NCBI GenBank assembly: GCA_016710645.1
Contig: JADJVI010000056.1
Location: forward strand, 1,388-65,387
Direction of reading: 5' to 3'
Length of the DNA stretch: 64,000 nt
Origin: Actinomycetales bacterium
Lineage (GTDB): Bacteria > Actinomycetota > Actinomycetes > Actinomycetales > Dermatophilaceae
Made by a program: the position numbers and the translations under genes
Notes under the pieces: generated by a model
Database searches by the model: none
The model's input: only the letters and a program-made list of their open reading frames with translations
Told to the model about the DNA's origin: nothing
In this document: in pieces, positions 18,705 to 27,899 of the stretch
How the letters are laid out: every line of letters begins with the position of its first letter
Numbering within the stretch: the first letter of the stretch is position 1

Positions 18705-18754
18705 GGGCGTGACGATATCGACGTTGGCGTTAAGGCTGGGATAGAACAGGGCGC

Positions 18755-19531
18755 ATGGACCTGCCGGTGTTGGACCCTCAGGAGCAACGGGTGCTCGGCG
18801 CGCTCATGGAGAAGGAGCTGACCGTCCCCGCAAGCTACCCGCTGACGCTCAACTCACTGCGTCTGGCCTGCAACCAGTCGACCAGCCGCGATCCCGTCGT
18901 CGACTACAGCGAGAACGAGCTCGTCGAGGTCACCCTGCGCCTGCAGGCCCGGCAACTCGTGCGGCTGGTGCGGGCTGATTCGGGCGCGCGGGCGGTGAAG
19001 TACAAGCAGCGGCTCACCGAGACGCTCGCCCTGCCTGAGGACGAACGCGCGCTGCTCACCGTGCTGCTGCTGCGCGGCGCTCAGGCTCCCGGCGAGCTCA
19101 AAACCCGATGCGAGCGGCTGCAGTGCTTCGCTGACCGCGCCGCCGTCGAGGCCACTCTGCAGGCGATGGCTTCGTCGGCCACCCCGCTGGTGCGTGAGCT
19201 CGAGTTGCTGCCCGGCCAGCAGGACCACCGCTGGATCCACCTCCTCGGGCCGGTCGAGTTGCCCGAAAACCAGCCCGGCGCAAGCCGATCCGCGCGGCGT
19301 GAGGGTCCGCCCCGGTGGCGACACGACGAGGCGAGTGACACGGCATACCTCGCGTGTGGGCTAGAGGCCGAGGCGACCGAGGCACCCGCCGCGAGCGACG
19401 AAAAGCTGCTCGACCTCCCGCACGGCATCCTCACCGTCACCCTCGACGCCGACGGCCGGATCATCGGTCTCACCGTCGAGGGCGCCGCCGCCAGCCTGCC
19501 GCCGGAAGCGTTAAGCGCCAAGGGCGCGTAA
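18755..19531 (+). CDS. DUF480 (YceH-like) protein with C-terminal extension
   Basis: LGALMEKELTVPASYPLTLNSLRLACNQSTSRDPVV is the DUF480 N-terminal signature. Confidence 0.75.
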   Translation: MDLPVLDPQEQRVLGALMEKELTVPASYPLTLNSLRLACNQSTSRDPVVDYSENELVEVTLRLQARQLVRLVRADSGARAVKYKQRLTETLALPEDERALLTVLLLRGAQAPGELKTRCERLQCFADRAAVEATLQAMASSATPLVRELELLPGQQDHRWIHLLGPVELPENQPGASRSARREGPPRWRHDEASDTAYLACGLEAEATEAPAASDEKLLDLPHGILTVTLDADGRIIGLTVEGAAASLPPEALSAKGA

Positions 19532-19604
19532 AGGAACCTCGGCGCGGCGCTAAGAGGGCGCAAAGACGGCGGAGGTATGCCGTTCGGCCGAGTGAGCTTG
19601 AGTC

Positions 19605-22058
19605 GTGAGACTGCTCGATCGGAATCGTCCTGCCCTGCGCGACCTTGACGGGGACCAGCTAGCCCCCTCCGAAACCTCAGGAACTACGGCCGGGTCTACG
19701 GCCGGGTCATCCGTCGCACCAGCCGGTCCGGGGCCGCTGGAACGCACCCCCCGCATCGAGGTGCCCGAGGACCGCGGCTACCAGATCAAGGAGGCCCTGC
19801 TCGGCAAGGCGCTCACCAACGACGCCGTCGAGGACGAGAAGCTCAGCAAGACCCTCGCCCTGGGCGTGCTGTCCAGCGACTGCATCTCCTCCAGCGCCTA
19901 TGGCTCGGAGATGATGCTGCTGGTCATGCTGCCGCTGTTCGGGATGGCGGCCTATGACGTGCTGCTGCCGCTGACCGCGGTCGTCCTCGCGGTGCTCGTC
20001 GTCGTGACGATGACCTATCGCCAGGTCGTCATGATCTACACCCGCGCGGGCGGGTCCTATGTCGTCGCCCGGGAGAACTTCGGGCCCGTCGTGGCACAGG
20101 TCGCGGCGGTCGCGCTCATGCTCGACTACATCGTCACCGTGGCGGTGCAGGCGGCGGCGGGCACCAATGCGCTGACCTCCGCGCTGCCCAACCTCGGCGA
20201 CTATTCGCTGGAGATCACGGTCGCCGTCGTCGCCGTGCTCGCCTATGGCAACCTTCGCGGGCTGCGGGAGGCGGGGCGGGCGTTCGCGTTCCCGACGTAT
20301 TTCTTCGTCGGATCGATGGCCCTGGTCCTCGTCATGGGGGTCTATCACGAGCTGACCGGCGACCTGCCGATGTACGACCCGCTCACCGCCGAGGGAGCCT
20401 TCCCCGTGGGTGGCGGCGGCACGCTGTTGTCGATCGGTGGCCTCTATGTCGTGCTCAAGGCCTTCGCCAACGGCGGGTCCTCGCTCACCGGGCTGGAGGC
20501 CATCTCCAACGGCGTGAGCGTCTTCCACTCACCCGCTGGGCGCAACGCCCGACGCACGCTCGTCGTCATGAGCACCATCCTCGGCGTCCTCGTCGGCGGG
20601 GTGTCCTGGCTTGCCCACCTCACCCACGCCGTGCCCTACGAGTCGGGCTCGCCGACGGTCATCTCGCAGGTCGCTCGGGCGGTGCTGCCCGACAACACGG
20701 TCGGCCATGCGCTCTTCTTCATGGTGCAACTGGCGACCATGCTCATCCTCTACACCGGCGCCAACACGCCCTTCACTGGCTTCCCCTATCTGGCCAACTT
20801 CGTTGCCGGAGATGGCTTCCTGCCCCGCTGGTTGCGCAAACGCGGTCACCGGCTGGCCTTCTCCAATGGCATCCTCCTGCTCACCGTCGTCGCGCTCGCG
20901 CTGCTCATCGGCACCGGCGCCCACGTCGACAAGCTGGTCGCCTTCTATGCCATCGGCGTCTTCACCGGGTTCACCCTCGCGGGCTTCGGTATGGCGGCAT
21001 ACCACCGCACCCATCGCGGCCCACGCAGCCGCTGGTCGGTGCTGCTCAACGGCGTATCCGGTTCTGTCGCAGCGGGCGTCGTGATCGTCTTCGCGGTCAC
21101 CAAGTTCACCGAAGGCGCCTGGTTGGTCGTCGTCGTCTTCCCCGTCATGGTCATCGGGCTGCTGCGACTGCACCGCGCCTACCAACGCGAGGAAGCCGCC
21201 CTCGCCGACATTCCCACCAGCGGGCGGCGCCGGGGCATCAGCGGGCTCAACGTCGTGCTCGTCCTCGTCGACAATGTCGACCTCGCCGTGCTCTCGGCGC
21301 TGCGCTATGCCCGCGGTCTGCGGCCGCAGCACCTGCACTCGGTGCACTTCGTCGTCGACAGCGCGTATGCCGCCGACCTGCAGAAGCAGTGGGACAGCCA
21401 GGACGGCACCGACCTCGCCCTGGAGCTCATCGACTGCCCCGACCGTCGAATCGACCGTGCCGCAGTCCAATTGACCTATCGGCTGGTGCGCGACAACCCG
21501 CTTGCCCAGGTCACCGTCCTGTTGCCGCGCCGGGCCTATGGCACCCTCGCGACCCGGCTGTTGCACGACCGCACCGCCGACCGCATCGCACGCGCGGTCT
21601 CCCGAGTCCCCGGTGCGGCGGCAACGATCGTGCCCTTCGACGCCTCCGCTGCGGCCACCGCCCGTGCGGCGGCCAACGAGGCGGCAATGGCCGCCACAGC
21701 GTCCGTTGGCTCAACGGCATACGCGCCGGCGACGGATGGCGGCGCCGACGGGGAGTCGGCTGCGACCGAAGCCCTTCCTGCTCCCGATGCGGGTCAGGTC
21801 GGCATCGGCGCTGCGGCGACGCGACAGGTCGTCACGGTCACCGGCCGCATCGTCTCGCGCAAGCTGTCCGCGATCGCCAATGCCCCTTCGGTCACCTACC
21901 GCGTGGCCGACCAGACCGGCGAGGTCACCCTGCTCTTCTACGGCCGGCGCGATGTCGCAGGCCTGGCCCCCGGCACAACGCTGGAAATCACCGGTCGGAT
22001 CGCGCCCCTGCACGGCCAGGCCACCATGTCCAACCCGCAATACCGCATCCTCGCGTGA
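19605..22058 (+). CDS. APC-superfamily permease fused to a C-terminal cytoplasmic region ending in an OB-fold-like domain
   Basis: 817 aa. 12-TM APC core (LGVLSSDCISSSAYGSEMM...). C-terminal VVTVTGRIVS...YRVADQTGEVTLLFYGRRDVAGLAPGTTLEITGRI. The start codon is uncertain. Confidence 0.8.
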   Translation: MRLLDRNRPALRDLDGDQLAPSETSGTTAGSTAGSSVAPAGPGPLERTPRIEVPEDRGYQIKEALLGKALTNDAVEDEKLSKTLALGVLSSDCISSSAYGSEMMLLVMLPLFGMAAYDVLLPLTAVVLAVLVVVTMTYRQVVMIYTRAGGSYVVARENFGPVVAQVAAVALMLDYIVTVAVQAAAGTNALTSALPNLGDYSLEITVAVVAVLAYGNLRGLREAGRAFAFPTYFFVGSMALVLVMGVYHELTGDLPMYDPLTAEGAFPVGGGGTLLSIGGLYVVLKAFANGGSSLTGLEAISNGVSVFHSPAGRNARRTLVVMSTILGVLVGGVSWLAHLTHAVPYESGSPTVISQVARAVLPDNTVGHALFFMVQLATMLILYTGANTPFTGFPYLANFVAGDGFLPRWLRKRGHRLAFSNGILLLTVVALALLIGTGAHVDKLVAFYAIGVFTGFTLAGFGMAAYHRTHRGPRSRWSVLLNGVSGSVAAGVVIVFAVTKFTEGAWLVVVVFPVMVIGLLRLHRAYQREEAALADIPTSGRRRGISGLNVVLVLVDNVDLAVLSALRYARGLRPQHLHSVHFVVDSAYAADLQKQWDSQDGTDLALELIDCPDRRIDRAAVQLTYRLVRDNPLAQVTVLLPRRAYGTLATRLLHDRTADRIARAVSRVPGAAATIVPFDASAAATARAAANEAAMAATASVGSTAYAPATDGGADGESAATEALPAPDAGQVGIGAAATRQVVTVTGRIVSRKLSAIANAPSVTYRVADQTGEVTLLFYGRRDVAGLAPGTTLEITGRIAPLHGQATMSNPQYRILA

Positions 22059-22061
22059 CCA

Positions 22062-22087
22062 CACGGCATACCGGCGGGTATGCCGTG
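22062..22087 (+). terminator. 11-bp hairpin from an inverted motif pair directly after the permease stop
   Basis: CACGGCATACC-ggcg-GGTATGCCGTG. Another single motif copy lies at ~22125. Confidence 0.5.
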
Positions 22088-22210
22088 CGTCCCTCCCTCC
22101 CACAGCGCGGACGCGACGGACAATGGCGTATGCCGTCCCGTCACCGCTGGTTGCCCGGTCGCCCCGCCGACGGAGGTCGACTCGGTGGGCTGGGGCGGGT
22201 CGCTGCCACG

Positions 22211-23350
22211 ATGCCGGGGCGGCGCGGGCCCGCGTTGACCCTGGCCGCGGTGGTCCTGCCGCTGCTCGTCGTCATCCTCGTGCCGTTCCGCGACTCGCTC
22301 ACGCTGCCCAGTGACCTGTTGGTCTTCATGCTCGGGGTGTTCGTCGTCGCGCTCGCGGGTGACTGGGTGGCGGCGCTCGTCGCGGCGGTGGCGGCGGTGC
22401 TGTTGTTGAACTACTACTTCACTCCGCCGTTGCACACGTTGACCATCGCCGATCGCGATCACGTCGTGGCCCTGGTCGTCTTCGTCGCTGTCGCCATCAT
22501 CACCAGCAGCCTCGTGGGCGCGGTGACCCGGCGGACCCGTCAGGCGGCGGAGGCTGCGGCCGAAGTGGCCACCCGCACAGCCCTGCTGCGGGCGGTCTCG
22601 CACGACCTGCGCACCCCGTTGGCCTCCGCGAAGGCGGCCGTCGAGGGGCTGCGCTCGCCCGAGGTGAGCTGGAGCCCCGACGAGCAGCGCGAGCTGTTGA
22701 CGACAGCCAAGGCCTCGATCGACCGGCTCACCTCGCTCGTGGAGAACCTGTTGGACATGAGCCGGCTGCAGGCGGGGGCGCTCTCGGTCTTCCCGCGGGC
22801 CATTGCCGTCGAGGATGTCGTCGCGCACGCGGTGCGCGAGGTGGATCCCCAGCGCACCCAGGTGGTGGTCCAGGTGGCGGACGACCTGCCCGAGATCTGG
22901 GCCGACCCACCGCTTCTGGAGCGGGTGCTGGCCAACCTGCTGACGAACGCCTTGCGGTTCTCTCCTCCCGGGCAACCGCCGCACGTCACGGCATACGCGG
23001 TCGGGGTTGGCGCTGGGAGTGGGAGTGGGCCTCGGAGTGGTTCGTGTGTGGGGGCGGCGGTCGAGGTGTGGGTCGTGGACCGTGGGCCGGGGGTGCCGGA
23101 CGCGCGGTTGGCGACCTTGTTCGAGGCGTTCCAACGGCGCGGCGACCGTGACAACACCAATGGACTCGGGCTCGGTCTGGCGCTGGCGCGTGGGCTGGCT
23201 GAGGCCATGGGTGGCACCCTGCGCGCCGAGCACACCCCCGGTGGCGGACTCACCATGGTCGTCCGGCTGCCGGTGGCCCTCGCCGCCCCGGCCGTCATCC
23301 CGCCCGGCTCTCGCGAGCAGGCCATCACCGACCCACGGGAGCGGCCATGA
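22211..23350 (+). CDS. KdpD-like sensor histidine kinase lacking the N-terminal KdpD/Usp sensor (DUF4118-HisKA-HATPase)
   Basis: ORF 21389..23350 trimmed to MPGRRGPAL. DUF4118-type TM bundle, H-box SHDLRTPLAS, N and G boxes (LLTNALRF, DRGPGV, GLGLGLA). Confidence 0.85.
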   Translation: MPGRRGPALTLAAVVLPLLVVILVPFRDSLTLPSDLLVFMLGVFVVALAGDWVAALVAAVAAVLLLNYYFTPPLHTLTIADRDHVVALVVFVAVAIITSSLVGAVTRRTRQAAEAAAEVATRTALLRAVSHDLRTPLASAKAAVEGLRSPEVSWSPDEQRELLTTAKASIDRLTSLVENLLDMSRLQAGALSVFPRAIAVEDVVAHAVREVDPQRTQVVVQVADDLPEIWADPPLLERVLANLLTNALRFSPPGQPPHVTAYAVGVGAGSGSGPRSGSCVGAAVEVWVVDRGPGVPDARLATLFEAFQRRGDRDNTNGLGLGLALARGLAEAMGGTLRAEHTPGGGLTMVVRLPVALAAPAVIPPGSREQAITDPRERP

Positions 23351-24063
23351 CCAGCGTGCTCGTCGTCGACGATGATCCGCAGATCCTGCGCGCCATCGAC
23401 ATCAACCTGCGAGCTCGGGATTACGACGTGACCTGCGCGGCCACGGGAGCGGAGGCGCTCGCGCTGGCGTCGAAGCGGCCGTTGGATTTGGTCGTCCTCG
23501 ACCTCGGCTTGCCCGACATGGACGGCTGTGACGTCATCCGCGGGCTGCGCGGTTGGACCAGCATCCCGATCCTCGTGCTCTCCGGGCGCACCGACAGCCA
23601 CGACAAGGTGGAGGCGCTTGACGCCGGCGCGGACGACTATGTGACCAAGCCGTTCGACATCGACGAGTTGCTCGCCCGGTTGCGTGCCGTGGCGCGCCGA
23701 GGCGATCGGCCGTTGCCGACGATGCGGCTGGTTCTGGGGGCGCTGGAGGTGGATTTCGCCGCGAAGACCGTCACGCAGGTGGCTCTTGAGGAGTCGCGTG
23801 CTGAGGAGGCGGCTGGGGACGTGGCCGAGGAGGTGCGCCTCACCCCGACCGAGTGGCACATCCTGGAGGTCATCACCCGCCATCCCGGACGGCTGGTGAC
23901 TCAGCGCGAGGTGCTGGCTGAAGTGTGGGGTCCGCAGTACGTCAAGGAGACCTCCTACCTGCGGGTCTACCTGACCCAGTTGCGCCGCAAGCTGGAGCCC
24001 GACCCCAGCCGGCCGCGCCATCTGATCACCGAACCCGGCATGGGTTACCGATACGAGCCCTGA
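23347..24063 (+). CDS. kdpE: OmpR-family response regulator, KdpE-like
   Basis: VLVVDDDPQI...LDLGLPDMDG receiver domain. C-terminal winged helix LTPTEWHILEV...YLRVYLTQLRRKLE. ATGA overlap with the kinase gene. Confidence 0.9.
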   Translation: MTSVLVVDDDPQILRAIDINLRARDYDVTCAATGAEALALASKRPLDLVVLDLGLPDMDGCDVIRGLRGWTSIPILVLSGRTDSHDKVEALDAGADDYVTKPFDIDELLARLRAVARRGDRPLPTMRLVLGALEVDFAAKTVTQVALEESRAEEAAGDVAEEVRLTPTEWHILEVITRHPGRLVTQREVLAEVWGPQYVKETSYLRVYLTQLRRKLEPDPSRPRHLITEPGMGYRYEP

Positions 24064-24175
24064 GCCGGACGCCTGGGCCGTCGCGAGGGGTCTCGTCCGG
24101 GGAGCTTTCCACAGGTTTGGCTGACGGGTCGGCGCGGGCGGTTGGTGGTGTGGTGGGCTGGGCGGGTCGTCGGGC

Positions 24176-24508
24176 GTGCACGGTCAGGGGGCTGGTGTGG
24201 CTGAGGTGGAGTTCCGGGTGGTCGCGGAGTCGCTGATGCGTGCCGCCGTAGATATCCGGGTGGTCGCTGCGGCGGTGCGGGATGGGTCAGTCGACGGGTT
24301 GGACAACGACCTGGACACCGGACACGCCCGGCTGCAGGTGGTGTTGTCCGACTACTGCGCCCGATGGAACCAGGGCCTGAAAGGCGCGATCCACGGCCAG
24401 GAACACATCGCCGACTCTCTCGATGTGGCGGTCGCTGGGTATCTCGCGCAGGACGAGCAGGCCGCCGCGACCTTCCGCGACATCCACCGCGACCTGAGCC
24501 CCCTGTGA
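24176..24508 (+). CDS. small helical protein, EspC/WXG-like T7SS-associated partner of the downstream toxin
   Basis: 110 aa with no TM. GTGA overlap with the next gene. An alternative GTG start at ~24197 follows AGGGGG. Confidence 0.5.
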   Translation: MHGQGAGVAEVEFRVVAESLMRAAVDIRVVAAAVRDGSVDGLDNDLDTGHARLQVVLSDYCARWNQGLKGAIHGQEHIADSLDVAVAGYLAQDEQAAATFRDIHRDLSPL

Positions 24509-25797
24509 GCGCCTGGTCAGATCTGGCATCCGGACGTCCGGCGGTGGTGTTGATCCCGGGCGACCCGTCGGGGGCCTACCGGCTGGCGGATCAGTTGACC
24601 GGGTTGGCGGAGGTGACCGCTGACGCCGCGCGGGCCCTGTCTCGGGTGGAAGTGGACTGGACCGGCGGGGCCGGGACCGCATTCGTGGAGACGTTCGCGC
24701 TGCAACCGCGAGTCCTCAAAGACGCCGCGGCCGCGTTCGACGCCGGCGCGGCAGCCCTCACCCGGTATGCCGTGGACCTGATCGCCGCCCGCGGGGAAGC
24801 CCAAGTCGCGATCGACTGGTGGCGACAAGGGCTGGCCGAAGCACACGCCGCCCAGGACGCATCCACCGACTCGCGGACCAGCTTCGCGGCCCGAACCTGG
24901 CAACCCTGCACCCCGACACCCGGTCTGGCCACCCAACGGGCCGCAGCAAGCAAACTGGACAACGCCTACGCCGCCCTCGACCGAGCCGGTCACGCGGCAG
25001 CCGACGCCCTGGTCGCCGCCCAAGCCCACGCCCCCGCCGCAGCAACCTGGTGGGAAACCGCCGCACCCACGGCATACGGCCTGACCCGGCTGGGGGACAC
25101 CCCGACCAAACGCGAGTTCGCGCTCGGCGCCGGCCGCGGCGTGATCGACCTGTTCCTGACCAGCGGGGACCGGCGAGCCTTCACGCTGGTCAACGAGAAG
25201 ATCGACGCATGGTCCAAGGGTCACGGCCTCAACCCCGACAGCGCCGCCACCGGCTGGGGCAAACTCGCCGGTGCGATGCTCATCCCCATCCCCGGCGAAG
25301 GCGCGCTCGCCGGCGTCAGCGCCACCGTGCTCGCCTCACTGACCCGCAAAGCCGCCAACGCAACCCTCAAGACCGTCCTCAACGGACTCGACAAGACCCC
25401 CAACCTCATCGCACGCCGCACCATCACCCCCGACGCACCGGTTACTGCGATCTTCAAAGACAGGGTCATGGCCAAGAGCGCCGAAGTCTCGGCGAGACGC
25501 TCCGAGACCCTGGTGTTCGACAGCCGATCCGCAGCGCGCGAGGGCCTTCCAGGGGAGCTCATAGGCGCCGGCAACCGCTTCTTTCGGGGGGCAACCTTGA
25601 AGAGCCAGGACTTCGCTGCAATCGGGCTACCTGATGGTGGCTACCGTCTACAGTTCTTCTCCCCGGCCAACACTCCGGGTTATGGCAAGCTGTACGTGCA
25701 AGAGGTTGACAACATCGGACAAGTTCTCCGTGAGTACAAGCAAACCATGGGGCCGGAGGGTCTGATCGAAACAAAGTGGGTGCATGGTGGACCATGA
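24505..25797 (+). CDS. polymorphic toxin with an N-terminal T7SS-signal (WXG100-like) domain and a variable C-terminal toxin module of unrecognised family
   Basis: ORF 24364..25797 trimmed to the GTG at 24505. PGDPSGAYRLADQL...WTGGAGTAFVE...AAALTRYAVDLIAARGEAQVA matches the actinobacterial putative T7SS-secreted-protein N-domain. The last ~130 aa are lower in GC. Confidence 0.65.
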   Translation: MSAWSDLASGRPAVVLIPGDPSGAYRLADQLTGLAEVTADAARALSRVEVDWTGGAGTAFVETFALQPRVLKDAAAAFDAGAAALTRYAVDLIAARGEAQVAIDWWRQGLAEAHAAQDASTDSRTSFAARTWQPCTPTPGLATQRAAASKLDNAYAALDRAGHAAADALVAAQAHAPAAATWWETAAPTAYGLTRLGDTPTKREFALGAGRGVIDLFLTSGDRRAFTLVNEKIDAWSKGHGLNPDSAATGWGKLAGAMLIPIPGEGALAGVSATVLASLTRKAANATLKTVLNGLDKTPNLIARRTITPDAPVTAIFKDRVMAKSAEVSARRSETLVFDSRSAAREGLPGELIGAGNRFFRGATLKSQDFAAIGLPDGGYRLQFFSPANTPGYGKLYVQEVDNIGQVLREYKQTMGPEGLIETKWVHGGP

Positions 25798-26194
25798 CCT
25801 TCCCGTTGCTTTGCACAGGGCGCTACGCGGCGACCTAGGCTCGATACAAGCGATCTCGGCGGCCAACCAGGCCGATCTCAGAGCCGCCGCGGCGGCTCTC
25901 GCGTCACCGTTGGTGTTGACGAGGGACGCGACGGCCAGTGTTCTGCGCGACCTCGTCGAGAAGCGTTTCCCACCAGTGGCCGCCCAGGCGTGGGCCTCAT
26001 TCATGCGCCGCGGGTACCCCGAAGGCTCAACCAGCCAAGGCCCCATCAGTCCCATCGACATAGATTACGAAGGACCCTGGGAAGAGCAGATTGCGGACGT
26101 TGTGTCCACGTTGGACGAATTCGGCGATGTCGTTGATGGGGACCTTTCCGACCACCAGCTCCTCGGCCTCCTGCGAATCCTTAACGAAACGTGA
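25784..26194 (+). CDS. candidate cognate immunity protein
   Basis: 136 aa, acidic. Overlaps the toxin 3' end by 14 nt and shares the reduced GC content. Confidence 0.5.
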   Translation: MVDHDLPVALHRALRGDLGSIQAISAANQADLRAAAAALASPLVLTRDATASVLRDLVEKRFPPVAAQAWASFMRRGYPEGSTSQGPISPIDIDYEGPWEEQIADVVSTLDEFGDVVDGDLSDHQLLGLLRILNET

Positions 26195-26249
26195 GACCGA
26201 CGGGCCAGTCAGCGACATCAGGACCAGCCGGGGTGAAAAGGTCCAAGAG

Positions 26250-27719
26250 TCAGCGGCGGGAGAGCAGGACGACGGTCGAGAGGGCGTCCACGGCATACGG
26301 GCGCAGGTCCCATCCCGAGAAGCCGACATCCGGGATCAACCCGGCCGACAGGAAGTCGTCGCGGAAGGCTTGGTAGGAGTAGCCCGCGTCGCTGCGGAAC
26401 TCGACCACGATGCGCCCGCGCGGGGAGCAGCACATCGCCAGGCGCCGGAAGACCTCCGACCGATGGACCGGGTCCACCTCCAGGATGCTGCTGTTGATCC
26501 ACGCGATGACGTCGAAGGGCACGCTCTCGCCGAGGTCGTCGAGGATGAGTCGCTCCGGTTCCATGACAAGCCACTTCGCATCCGGGTATGCCGTCTCGGC
26601 CGCCGCGATGCCGGTCGGGTCGACATCGGTGCCGACGACGTAGTGGCCGAGCACGCTCAGGGCGCCACCGACGCGGCCGGCGCGGCACCCGACTTCCAGG
26701 ACCCGCGAACCCGGCCGGACCATGACATCGAGCAGGCGGGCCTCCTGCGGGAGGCCACGGCGGGCAGCCACCGCTGCCGCGGCGACGGGTCCGGTGAGCG
26801 GCGCGGTTGCCGACCCACCATCGGAAGCACCAGCGGGTATGCCGTGCGGCTGGTGTGCGAGGTGGGCGCCCGGACCGTCGCCAGGGCGGGGAAGGCGGAT
26901 CTCCACCCACGACATCCCGAGCTCGGAGGCGACCTCGCGGGCCGACGCGGGACGCATCGCCGGGTCTTTGGACAGGCACCGGCCGATGATGTCGACGACA
27001 TCTGACGGCACGGTCGCGGGCAACGTGGGCATTGGCTCAGTGACATGCGCCAGCGCGGTGGCGATGGGCGTGTCCTTGTCGAACGGCCTTCTGCCGGCGA
27101 GGAGTTCGTGCGCGACGACCCCGAGGGCGTAGAGATCACTGGCCGCGGTCGCGGGACGGCCGAGCGCCTGCTCCGGGCTGAGGTAATGGGGCGTGCCGAG
27201 CACCTCGCCGGTGCGGGTCAGACCCATCGATCCCGCAGCGCGAGCGATGCCGAAGTCGGTCAGCTTGACCGCACCGTCGCTGGTGAGCAAGACGTTGGCC
27301 GGCTTGACGTCACGGTGCACGACGCCGGCCTCGTGGGCGGCGTTGAGGCCCAGCGCCATCTGGCCGACGATCGACCTGACCCGGGCGACGTCCAAGGCAC
27401 CGCGCTCGCGCAATTCGACTGCGAGAGAATGGCCGTCGACGAGCTCCATGACGATGTAGGCGAGGTTTTCATGCTCGCCGTAGTCGAACAGCGTGGCGAT
27501 GTTGTGGTGCGACAGGCCGGCCGTGAGCAGGGCCTCCTCGTGGAAGCGCTGCGCGAAGACCGGCTCTGCGGACGTGTCGGGCCGCATGATTTTGACCGCG
27601 ACGACGCGCGCCAGGACGGTGTCCTGCGCACGCCAGACATCGCCCATCCCCCCGGATGCGATGAGCGAGTCGAGCACATAACGGCCACCCACGGCGACGC
27701 CATGAGTGAACCGCTTCAC
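26250..27719 (-). CDS. Hanks-type Ser/Thr protein kinase fused to a C-terminal class-I SAM-methyltransferase-like domain
   Basis: Kinase motifs GGMGDVW, VAVK, HRDVKPANVLL, DFGIA, GTPHYLSPE. The C-terminal VLEVGCRAGRVGG...VVGTDVD...FDVIAW resembles MTase motifs I, II and III. Confidence 0.85.
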   Translation of the reverse strand: MKRFTHGVAVGGRYVLDSLIASGGMGDVWRAQDTVLARVVAVKIMRPDTSAEPVFAQRFHEEALLTAGLSHHNIATLFDYGEHENLAYIVMELVDGHSLAVELRERGALDVARVRSIVGQMALGLNAAHEAGVVHRDVKPANVLLTSDGAVKLTDFGIARAAGSMGLTRTGEVLGTPHYLSPEQALGRPATAASDLYALGVVAHELLAGRRPFDKDTPIATALAHVTEPMPTLPATVPSDVVDIIGRCLSKDPAMRPASAREVASELGMSWVEIRLPRPGDGPGAHLAHQPHGIPAGASDGGSATAPLTGPVAAAAVAARRGLPQEARLLDVMVRPGSRVLEVGCRAGRVGGALSVLGHYVVGTDVDPTGIAAAETAYPDAKWLVMEPERLILDDLGESVPFDVIAWINSSILEVDPVHRSEVFRRLAMCCSPRGRIVVEFRSDAGYSYQAFRDDFLSAGLIPDVGFSGWDLRPYAVDALSTVVLLSRR

Positions 27720-27899
27720 GGGCCGACTCCCAGGTTCACGGAACCGAGCATAGGTGCCTCGTACCCGTGAATCGCCCGGTCAGCCCGGCGACCTGCCCGA
27801 TTCGTCCCGGCGGCGGGCGGGACGGCATACCCGATGGGCCGTGAGCAGGGGCCGTTGAGGTGGCCTTCCGCGCTCCTTCCGACGGAGTTTGCGGCCGCT

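Noticed and set aside
21389-22210. 5' 274 codons of ORF 21389..23350
   Set aside because: It overlaps the permease gene in another frame. The kinase starts at its DUF4118 membrane module (22211, or possibly 22130).
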